DNA from: the human T2T-CHM13v2.0 reference genome, Homo sapiens
Assembly (NCBI RefSeq): GCF_009914755.1
Contig: NC_060930.1
Reading direction: 5' to 3' (one strand)
Length of the DNA stretch: 64,000 nt
Part shown: positions 1 to 10,400 of the stretch, piece by piece
Layout: every line of letters starts with the position of its first letter
Position numbering within the stretch: position 1 is the first letter of the stretch
Made by a program: the position numbers and the translations under genes
The notes under the pieces: generated by a model
The model's database searches: none
Told to the model about the DNA's origin: nothing
The model's input: only the letters and a program-made list of their open reading frames with translations

Positions 1-175
1 TTCAACGTGTCATCAATGGAAAAATGAATAATGAGACATTTGACATTTTCATACTAAACCTTTGGAATTTGGTGTGCACCATATACTGACAGTACTTCTC
101 AATTTAAACTAGTTGTATTGCAAGCTCTTAATAGCCTCATGTAGCTAGTAACTGCTGGGTTAGACTTTGCAGCTT
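1..175. mobile_element. hAT-Charlie-type MITE fragment (MER3/MER33-like); mirror at ~56000-56340
   Basis: AATAGCCTCATGTAGCTAGTAAC-type terminus. Confidence 0.45.
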
Positions 176-194
176 TAGATTTTAGAATGATCTT

Positions 195-503
195 GCCGGG
201 CGCGGCAGCTCACCCCTGTAATCCCAGCACTTTGGGAGGCCAAGGTGGGTGGATCACCTGAGGTCGGGAGGTCGAGACCATCCTGACCAACCTGGTGAAT
301 CCCCTTCTCTACTAAAAATACGAAAATTAGCTCAGTATGGTAGTGCATGCCTATAGTCCCAGCTACTCAGGAGGCTGAGGCACAAGAATCAATTGAACCC
401 AGGAAGTGGAGGTTGCAGTGAGCCGAGATCATGCCACTACACTTCAGCCCTGGCCAGCGAGTGAGACTCTGTCTCAAAAAATAAAATAAAATAAAATAAA
501 AAA
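195..503 (+). mobile_element. AluS
   Basis: GCCGGGCGCGG...CTGTCTC(A)n. Confidence 0.9.
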
Positions 504-1859
504 TATCAGAGTTATCAGGCAGGGATTTACAAATAACTATGCTTACTATGTTTCAATAGCTTTAAAATAATGAAAAAAATCATTGAGCAAAAAATTTTCC
601 TGGTTTTCTTGCTCTGTTGTTGCTATGTCACATGGGACCTGCCCGTTAGAGCTAAACAGTCAGTTTTGCTGTTTCTAGGCAGGAAAACGCTCACATCACA
701 AGTAAATGTCGAGGCATCCCAGGAGGTTTCCCTGGTAATGTATATTTTCATTAGTCAATTCCAGTCTTAAAGGTACTATTCTCCTGACTTTTTAACGTTT
801 TCCTAGGGTGCCATCCTGTATGTGAAATCCAAAATTGATGATTTCTTCTCAAAGGCAGTGTTACCATAATTCACACCATTTAGATATATTATAAAAAAGT
901 GTTTAAATCTATTCAACATTGTTCATTAAGCTTCTGTCAGAATCATAAAAATATCTTGTCATGCCTGATTAATTCAACTGAGTTCAGTTTTGAAACAGCA
1001 CTGCTGTTCTACAATGTGCTATTTATTGTTTAAGCCTAGAATTCATTAATGTTTCCAATAACTGAAAGGGATGGAGTATTTTACTAAGATATCTATCAAA
1101 ATTATAATAAATTTAAGACTGTGGGCTGATTTTATGAAACCTATAAAATATAGAAAGAATAGGAAGTAAAAATGAATTTAATATAGTCCTAGAATTCATT
1201 TTGTCTAAAAGCCAATGTTCAGTGAAAACATTGTTGTTTTTCTCTTCTGCAAACCTGAAGCAAGTAATGCTAGAAATGTGATTTTCTACAGAACTGACAG
1301 GTTGGTAAGATGATACATGACTGGAGTAATATCATTCATCTGTTTAACATTTATAGCCTGGGAACATGCCTTATAATACGGCCAAATGCCTACAAGTTTC
1401 AATATACTCCTAAAGATAAGAGACTTTAAGCTCCTATGTTCACAAAGGAGTATTGTCTGTAAATTATATCTCAGTAAGTTTAATATTTATGAAAGGCGAT
1501 AGGAGAGAAGACTAACAGTAGCTGAATAAGAGAAAAACAATAAGCTTGTCCGATCTACAAGTGCATCTATGAAAGGTAGGTTAAACTAGAAACCATTCTC
1601 CACCTCCTTGAGACTGTGACTAACAGCCTAGAACAGTACAAATCCACTGGATGAAGACAGGAAATAAGGTCAGGCTTCTGGCTCCCTCACCCAAATTACC
1701 CCAGAGAAACAATGGAAGGAAGAAGGAAACACTTGGCCAACAGACTACACAACAGCAACCCTGGTTGCAAGATAACAACGGAGTATTCTTTCTAAAATAT
1801 AAAGGAAAAGAACTTGAGCCTAGAATTTTTTATCCAGTCAAATTCTCATTTAAATAGGA

Positions 1860-2395
1860 AGGTATCTTTTCTGTTGCAGCCATAACAAATTGCCACATAC
1901 TTACCTGCTTAAATCAGTACATCTTTATTATTTCACAGAGTCCTCTAGGTTGCAAGTCTGAGATGGCTTGATTGGTTTCTCTGCTCCCAGTTCCTCAAGG
2001 TCAAGGTCAAGGTGTCCACCTGCTGGGCTCTGGTTGGGAGGTTCTGGGAAGCATCTGCTTCCAAGTGCACTCAGGTTGATGGCAGAATCCAGTCCTTGGA
2101 CCTGTGGGACTAAGGTCCCAGCTTCCCTGCTGGCTGTCAGCTGCAGCCCTTCCCTAACTCCCAGAGGCCCCTCTCCAGTCTTGCTCATGGCCCCCACATC
2201 TCAGAGCCAGCAACAGTGCATGGAATCCTTCTCATGCTTAGAATCTCTCTGACATTGGACGCATATTTCTTGGCTCCAGCCTGAGAAAATTCTCTGCTTT
2301 TTAGAGCTCATGTGATGGCACTGGGCCCACTCAGAGAATCCAGGAAAATCTCTCTATTTTAAGGTCAACTGATTAGTAACTTTAATGATGACTGT
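1860..2395. mobile_element. MaLR LTR (MLT1-like); mirror at ~53855-54385
   Basis: GCCATAACAAATTGCCAC...GGGCCCACTCAGAGAATCCAGG motif. Confidence 0.65.
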
Positions 2396-3243
2396 ACAGA
2401 GCCTAGACTAGCAGTACCTATACTCACAGTACCTAGACTAGCGGTGCCTAGACTAGGAGCAGCTGGTTTCTCTAGGCCCCTCACCCCTCACTCTCTCCAT
2501 CCCCTTCTTCCTGGCCCCCCTTCCTTTCCCATTTCCATTCCCATTTTCATAATCATGTTTTCTTTGCTTAAAATACTGGATTTTCCTGCCGCTGGTATGC
2601 ACCAGGCTCAAACAAGCAGGCTAAGACAGCCGTTAGTTGTCCTATCATCAGTCTTTTCTAGAACATATCGTTCTAGAAAAGGTACAGGAAACTTGAGGGG
2701 GCAGCTTCCAAATCCTGCCCACCATGGTGTATCAGAAATATTCAAAACAGAAAACTTGAAGGATATTTGCCTCCTAAAGATCCAAGTTGGAAATAGTTTA
2801 GAGGAAGGTACCTCAATAGCAAGAGAAACACAGGTGATGCGACAAGAGAACCGAGGAGGACAAGTGACCAAGGAATCTATTCCAGATTACTGTTATCTCA
2901 CAACAAGGGGAAATGTGAAGTTGGGATCATAGAAACAAAGAAGTATAGCTAAGAATAACCGAGAATTACAGCTAGGAAAGCTATCAGGAAAATGGGGCTG
3001 GAGGTGGCACGTGAAAGGGATATGAAAACATGCTGAGACTTCTAAAATTAGGAATAAAACAAAACCAATAATACCAATAAATGTGACACATACTGGTATG
3101 AGTCATAGGTTAACGGCGGCCACCCTGAGAAGAAAACTAGAATGTATAACTTTTAAACCAACAGAAAAAAACCCTCAGTATACTAAATGGAACACAGGTA
3201 TGGAGGGGAAATGCCAGCATTAAAAAACACAATAAATACATGT

Positions 3244-3548
3244 GGACCAGGCACAGTGGCTCATGCCTGTAATCCCTGCACTTTGGGAGGCTGAGGTGGG
3301 AGGATCGCTTGAGCTCAGGAGTTCAAGACCAGCCTGGGCAATATAGGCAGACCCCATCTCTACAGACAAATATAGAAAATTAGCCCAGTGGGTGGCGCAT
3401 GCTTGTAGTCCTGGCTACTCGGAGGCTGAGGCAGTAAGATGGCCTGAGCCCAGGAGTTAGAGGCTGCAGTGAGCTATGACCACGCCATTGCACTCCAGCC
3501 TGGGCAACAGAGGGAGATCCCATATCTTAAAACAAACAAACAAAAAAG
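3244..3548 (+). mobile_element. AluJ
   Basis: GGGAGGATCGCTTGAG diagnostic; A-rich tail. Confidence 0.85.
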
Positions 3549-4359
3549 ATGGCATAGCTAAATCCTAAACAGTAATAATTACAATAAAGCTGAATTGCTA
3601 AACTCATCACATAAATCAGTGAAACTCCCAGGTTGGATTTTAAAATATCAAATAATATACACTATTTTCAAAAGGCAATGTTAAATGTAAAGCTTAAAAA
3701 TGGAAGGTATCTACCAAGAAAGGCTACTTTATTTGTTCGTTCGTTTCTTTTAGCGACTACAATATGCTTTATTGTTCTTGGAAAGGGCTCAGGGTTTGGC
3801 TTTAAATCAGGCTGCACGCTTTTCATCAGTCCCACATCTCTCTCCCCATGCCAAGCTGGCTCCAGCTAGCAATGCCACATTAAATTCCAGGGAGACCTTT
3901 AGAAACTTCCAGAAGCCTCCCTTCCTCCTGACCCCCCACCCCTGCAGTCCAAGATCTCCCATGTTGGCCCACGACCCCTGCTTAGGGTCCAGCCTGGAAC
4001 TCACTGATCCGACCCACTCCGGACCAGCCTGGTAGCAGGAGTAGAGGCTGGAGGCAAACACCCAACTCTGCGCCAGCACCTGTGCCACTGGAGACCTGGA
4101 GCCCAGGGTGTGATATGCTTGGAGGAAGCAGAGGGTCCCTGTGTGAGTCACCCCGGCCCTCAAGGCTGTCACAGCTCCAGTGGCCCCACCCCGCCCACTT
4201 GCAACTCCAGGCCATGGGTCCAGAAATGTCTGGATTCTTGTTCCCTTTCAGACCCCAACCTTTCTCTTCTCCTTCTCTTTCCTCCTGGCCCCCTTATCTT
4301 TTCCCATTTCCATTCCCACTTTCAGACTCGTTCCTTATTTGTTTAAAGCACAGATTTTC

Positions 4360-4656
4360 GGCTGGGTACTGTGGCTCATGCCTGTAATCCCAGCACTTTG
4401 GGAGTCTGAGGCGGGCAGATCACGAAGTCAGGAGTTCAAGACCAGCCTGGCCAACATAATGAAACCCCGTCCCTACTAAAAATACAAAAAAATTAGCCGG
4501 GTGTGTTGGCTGGCACCTGTAATCCTAGCTACTGGGGAGGCTGAGGCAGGAGGATCTCTTGAACCTGGGAGGCGGAGGTTGCAGCGAGCCGACATTGCAC
4601 AACTGCACACCAGCCCCTGCGACAGTGAGAGACTCTGTCTAAAAAAAAAAAAAAAA
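4360..4656 (+). mobile_element. AluS
   Basis: Full dimer with poly(A). Confidence 0.9.
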
Positions 4657-4856
4657 GGCAAGATTCGTTTGGCCCTGGTGCACTCTAGGCTCAGTCAAAC
4701 CAGCTGAAGTCTATCATTATGCTGTCCATCATTATGCTATGTTTTTCTAGAAGATTCTATCCTGTTGAAGCACCCCCAGACTGGTTGAAAACCAAGTTAC
4801 TCTTCCTTGGAAAATCTTTGTGGACACCCAGGTGGGCATACAAATTTCCAAGTCTT

Positions 4857-5166
4857 GGCCAGTTTCAGTGGCTCACACCTGTAATCCCAGCACTATGGGA
4901 GGCTGAGGCAGGTGGATCACCTGAGGCCAGGAGTTTATAAGACCAGCCTAGCCAACATGGTGAGACCTGTCTCTACTAAAATTGCAAAAATTAGTTGGGC
5001 ACAGTGGCAGGCCCTGTAATCCTAGCTACTTGGGAGGCTGAGTTAAAAGAATCGCTTCAACCCTGGAGGAGGCGGTTGCACTGAACTGAGATCATCCCAC
5101 TTCACTCCAGCCTGGGCAACAGAGTAAGACTCAGTCTCAAGAAAAAAAAAAAAAAAGACAAAAAAA
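4857..5166 (+). mobile_element. AluS
   Basis: Full dimer with poly(A). Confidence 0.9.
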
Positions 5167-6879
5167 GTATTACCAACTTGTGCCAGCCATGAGGTCTACA
5201 ACCTCGATGCTGCCACCCTCAGGACCCTGGGGGTTACAACCTCCACTCCAGCTCCCCTCTGAACCTGTGCTTTTCCTCTGAGCCCCATTCACTCCCACAA
5301 CTGTCTCATTCATTCACTGGTTCACTCAGCCTCCAACCACCCTTAAATCATGTCAGGCTCACCAGCTGACGGAGAGAAAAATCATCCTTTGTAGGTCTGA
5401 AAAACGTGTCTGAATCCTGATGGTGGGTCTTGTTTTCATTTCCACCCCCTCACAGCACACTCAGGGCCATGAAGAGGCCATGGCCTGGGCTCAGAGCTCC
5501 AGCTCTCCTCAGGGTGGGCCTGGCATTTGCTGACTTCAGGGAGGGTGGCAGGGCTCACAACTGAAATAGGAGACCTGCCCTGGGTCCTTAGCATGTGCAA
5601 GGATAGGGTTCTTTGTAGAATCTGCTCATTTCATCTGTGTTCATAGCATCTGTCATTTTCCACATGCGGACATCCACACCCAGAAAGCTGAAGAAGCTTG
5701 CACAGGAATATTCAGCCACAATATGAGCTGACTTCCATATCTGAATGCATGATCTCTAGATCCCGGCCATTACAATAACCTTTGGGCCACTTCTATGCCC
5801 ATCCTGGGCAGGCCTGAGTCTAGTGGCCGGATGCCTGCAGCAGGGGTGAGGCAGGAGGGCCCAGGTGTGCACACAGGCCCCTCCTCCTGTCACCTGGCTG
5901 TCCTGCTTGGGGCTCTCCTGCCAGCCTCCTTCTGCCTTCCTCCTGTTCCCGCAGTCACTGGCCCAGGTCACCCGGCCTCAGGGGTGGTGCTGCCAGGGAC
6001 TTCCCAGTGGCCTCCTCCTAGGACTAACCTGAGCTCCTGCCCCCAGCCCTGTACATGGGAGGCTTTTCTCACACACAGATCCCTGGGCCCACCAAGCTAT
6101 TCCCCTCCCAAATCTGAGAACTGCCCACCCCCGTGTGACTGTTGTCCTGCCGACCACCCTTCATGTAGCCCCTCCTGGACAGAGGCTCTAGTGCATCAGG
6201 CCAGAACCTTTTGGCTCCTGTGTCCCTGCTCAGTCACAGAGATGGCTGCCATCCCATGTCCCTGTCCTGAAGCATAGTCAGGCCCTGGGCTTGGTCCAGG
6301 CCTCCTCCCCTTTCCCACAGCCTCAGGACCCTGGTGATTGATGGTCACCAGGTGAAGGTCTCCCCACATGAAGACTGTGTGGAGTGGGAGGTCTGTGCCT
6401 ATTTTTCTCATTCATTGGGGAATGGGCTGAGTGGCTGGGGGCAAAGTGGGACTCAGGGGCTCTGCCCAGTCCTTACTGCAGGCTAAGCCCTCCCTTGCGG
6501 CCAAGAGCCACTGGGCCCTCCACCTCCCTCTGGCTTCTACCCGCAGATCTAGATGGTTTCATGGTGACTCAGAGGAGGATGCACTCGGGCGTCCCTTTTG
6601 AGGATGGCTGCAGGGACCATCCAGGGACTGAGCCGAGGTGCAGATACAGCCACGGATTTGGGTGTTGTTAGACACAGAAGGGTGTGTAGCAAAGTGAGCC
6701 CCACGCATGCGTAGACTCTTCCCTCGGCTTCTGCTCTCCATGGAAACACAACTGATCACATCATGATTGATCACGGTAGCCCTCTAGGGCTTTCTTTCTT
6801 TTCTTTTTTTTTTTTTCCAGAAGTCATAAAGGGATATAGAATATACTCAAAGACCACCTCATGCTTTTAGTGGAGAGGC

Positions 6880-7392
6880 AAAAAAGGTTCGCTCCGGAAT
6901 GGGGAAGCGGCTGCGCCCTGGACGGAGAGGGGCGGGGACTTCGCGACTGCAGGCGGAGGGAGGGCGGGTGTCGCTGGCGCAGGCGGTGACAGGGAGACAC
7001 CGCCGCCACTGAGTATTCCTATGCAAGTTTCTTCATCTTCCTGTGCATCAGTGTTTACACTGGGGTAATGATAAATGCTGTGTTGAAAAATTATTTGATG
7101 GGGCCATGGAAGGAACGGAAGGAACGGCGTCCTGGCCCGCTCGGGGCCCGCGCACGCCGCCACCAAGCCGCGGGGGCGGGTCGGAGGGGAGAGTTGCGTC
7201 AGCCAGGCCGCTGTCAGATGACGAGCCCGGGGCGTGACGGGGTGGAGCATCCCCAAAAAAGTGCATGCCTAGGATCCCGCCCAGTGTATCCCTGCGCGCG
7301 GCGGGCCGGGCTGGGCAGCTTTATAAACAGCCGTGGTGTGAGCCTCGAAGGGAACCATCAGCGCCTCCTGTCCACGGAGCTCCAGGTCTACA
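6880..7392 (+). promoter_or_regulatory. ULBP1 CpG-island promoter
   Basis: GC boxes (GGGGCGGGG near 6929); C/EBP-ATF-type TTGCGTCA 7194-7201; TGACG half-CREs at 7219 and 7236; TATAAA 7322-7327. Confidence 0.8.
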
Positions 7393-7477
7393 ATGGCAGC
7401 GGCCGCCAGCCCCGCGTTCCTTCTGTGCCTCCCGCTTCTGCACCTGCTGTCTGGCTGGTCCCGGGCAGGATGGGTCG
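7393..7477 (+). CDS. ULBP1: ULBP1 exon 1 coding part (signal peptide)
   Basis: ATG 7393; donor TCG|GTGAGT at 7477/7478. Confidence 0.97.
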
Positions 7478-10400
7478 GTGAGTTCGGGGATGTAGCCTAA
7501 GCAGGGCGGGGGCCAAACCTGGGAGGTTGTGGACTGCAGCGGGTTTCAGAGGAGGGGAGGCTTCTGGAAGGACCGGCGCGATCTCCCTGAACGAACATCG
7601 CGGTCTCCCCGAACGTCGCGGTCCCTCCGAACGTCGCGGTCTCCCCGAACATCGCGGTGCCCCCGAACATCGCTGTCTCCCCGAACATCGCGATCTCCCC
7701 GAACATCGTGATCTCCCCAGACATGCCCAGCTGAAGGCACTCAGTTCCCCTCGGTGGCTCCTTTCCGCCGGGTCCGCTTCCTGCGGCTGCTGCTTGCCCC
7801 TCAGGCCAGGAGGTTTCTGGAAGGACCGGTGCTGTCTCCCCGAACATCGTGGTCTCCCCGAACATCGCGGCCTCTCCGAACATCGCCCTCTCTCCGAGCA
7901 ACGCGATCTCCCCGAACATCGCGGTCTCCCCGAAAATCGCGATCTCCCCGAACATTGCCATCTCACCGAACATCGCGATCTCGCCGAACATGCCCGGCTG
8001 AAGGCACTCAGTTCCCCTCCGCGGCTCCTTTCCGCCGGGTCTGATTCCTGCGGCTGCTGCTTGCCCCGCAGGCCAGGAGGCTTCTGGTAGCACCGGCGCG
8101 ATGCCCCCGAACATCGCGTTCTACCCCAACATCGCGATCCCTCCGAACATCGTGATCCCCCCCGAACATCGCCGTCCCCCCGAGTAACGCGGTCTCCCCG
8201 AACATCGCGGTCCCCCCGAACATCGCGGTACCCCCGAACATCGCCGTCTCCCCGTACATTGCGATCCCCCGAAACATTGCGATCTCCCCGAACATCGCGA
8301 TCTCGCCGAACATGCCCGGCTGAAGGCACTCAGTTCCCCTCCGCGGCTCCTTTCCTCCGGGTCCGCTTCCTGCGGCTGCTGCTTGCCCCATAGGCCAGGA
8401 GGCTTCTGGGTGGACCAGCGCGATCTCCCCGAATATCGCGGTCTACCCGAACATCGCGGCCTCCCCGAACATCGCGGTCTCCCCGAACATCGCGATCCCC
8501 CAGAACATCGCGGCCTCCCCGAACATCGCGGTCTCCCCGAACATCGCGATCCCCCAGAACATCGCGGTCTACCCGAACATCGCGGCCTCCCCGAACATCG
8601 CGGTCTCCCCGAACATCGCGATCCCCCAGAACATCGCGGTCTCCCCGAACATCGCTGTCTCCCCGAACGTGCCTGGCTGAAGGCACTCAGTTCCCCTCCG
8701 GGGCTCCTTTCCGCCGAGTCCGCTTCCTGCAGCTGCTGCTAGCACCGCAGTCCAGGGGGAGTGTCAAAGAAGGCTGAAAAGGAATTGCAGGAGGGTGGAG
8801 GGACCAAAAGGCTACAGAGGGCAAGGTAGGGCGGGGATCCCTGGTGCAGACCCGCAGCCCCACTGGCCCTAGGGAAGGAGAAACCAGATTCCCGAACCCT
8901 AGCTGGGGTCAGGACAGGGGTAAAGGGGAGTTCCACAGGGACGCGATCACAGACTCCCCCATCAGCCACAGCCCTGCTCTGCTCTGACCTGCTGTTCACC
9001 ACACAAAGCTTCCAGCAGCCCCAGGGCTCCCTGCCCTGGAACTTCGCCCCTACACTTTGCTGCAGACACTCACCTGCACGCAGGGGCTCACCAGACACTT
9101 GCTACCCTTCCCCTCACCATTCACTTTCACCACCCAGGTCGCATCCTTTCACTCCCCATCTCAGCTCACCCCTGTCACCACACAGGCCTCCCTCACCTCC
9201 CCATCCATGAAGGGGCCCTTAGCACCTCCCCCGACCAACTAGCACCTTGTCCCCTTTTGCCTGAGGACACACCCCAGCAAACACACCCCAGGCTTTCCAC
9301 AAAACTTAATGCAGGGGGGACGGGAAATCCCATTTCCCTCACGATGACCCTGGGAGCGCCGGTGAGTAGAGGTGCCCACTTCTGCCCTTGGGTCCCAGAC
9401 CCGCCTGTTCTTCCGACTGGGGAGCCAGGGTCATATAGAATAGTCACTAAGCAGACAGGAGTCAGCAAACCCTTTCTAGAAAGGAAAGGCTGAAGGCACT
9501 TTGGTCCTTGCTGGCCGTGAGTTCTCTGTCTGTGTGTCAAGTCCTGTCCCTTTGTAGAGCAACAGCAGGCAATGGTAACCTGCAAATAAAAGGGAGAGCA
9601 GATGTGGACCCTGTCCTAGGTTGCTGACCCCAGATGAGGGCACATGCTGTGTCCTGGCAATTGCTGCCCCATCCCCTAGGGTGTCATCTCCAAGTAGTGT
9701 AAGTTGAAGAGTCACAAGTGTGTCCTACCCTGCCTGTGGCTTCTGGGTGGTGTGGATGTGATGGATGTGAATGGAGGTCCTATGGTTCTGGGCCTACTGC
9801 GCCCCTCCTTTGCTGCTGGGTGGCATCATAGGTCCCTCAGGGCAATCAGGGACCCTCCTTAAAGCCTCAGGTGTGAGCTAAGGGTGAGGGGGTGCAGCCA
9901 TGTAGTGTCCTGGGGATCGGGGCCAACTGCTTGTGCAGCTTCTTGGTTCCCTGTGGCCCTGCTCCTGCCCATCCCAGGAGACCCACCTGTGTCTTCTCAC
10001 TGTGGGGCCTATATTCCTAATGACCTAAAGGGTGAGGAGCCCACCCTGTGATGGGCAGCTCTGAGGCTGTGTGGTCACTGCCCTCCCATAGCTGGAGGCC
10101 CATCTCCACAGGGGCCCAGGACCACAGCAGGAGCCACTTTTAAATGAGGGGATTTCACTGCTGTGAGTGGCACAGCCTTGCTTCTGAGCACTAGGGGATC
10201 CTGTTGTGATTCTGCGGTTGGCAATTGCCATGAAATCCACATAGCACCTTTTCCAACCACATATGCCTCTGGGATCTTAGGGAGTCCAGGGTCAAATAGC
10301 TGTATTGGTAGGTCCAGCGTCACCCCTCATCACAGGGTGTGTATGGCTGCATCCCAGCTACAAGAGCAGAGTTAAGTAGTGACAGGGGAGGTCATATGAC

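Larger units (their letters stand above)
3830..6700 (+). pseudogene. Putative highly decayed MHC class I-like gene with alpha2-like, alpha3 (Ig C1)-like, TM-like and cytoplasmic exons
   Basis: LCFSRRFYPVEAPPDW (4737-4784) and, after an Alu, TCASHE...CACCCTCAGGACCCTGGGGGT (5176-5234) resemble the C..GFYP....W and YTCHVQHEGL..PLTLRW|gt motifs; hydrophobic exon 5760-5844 ends G|GTGAGG. Confidence 0.45.

Noticed and set aside
570-770. 66-aa ORF with a hydrophobic start and exon-like AG/GT boundaries (679-734)
   Set aside because: N-terminus is not preserved in the mirror copy and no homology is recognisable; cannot be linked to the fossil class I-like gene.
2444-2932. 162-aa ORF with a mirrored 153-aa ORF at 53102-53563
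   Set aside because: Start and stop differ between copies and no recognisable domain; recurrence reflects the duplication, probably old L1-derived DNA.
7388-8742. Long ORFs on both strands (313, 205, 187 aa; PEHRGL, VRGDRD, MFGETA repeats)
   Set aside because: By-products of a stop-poor 18-bp GC-rich minisatellite in an intron; no independent coding evidence.
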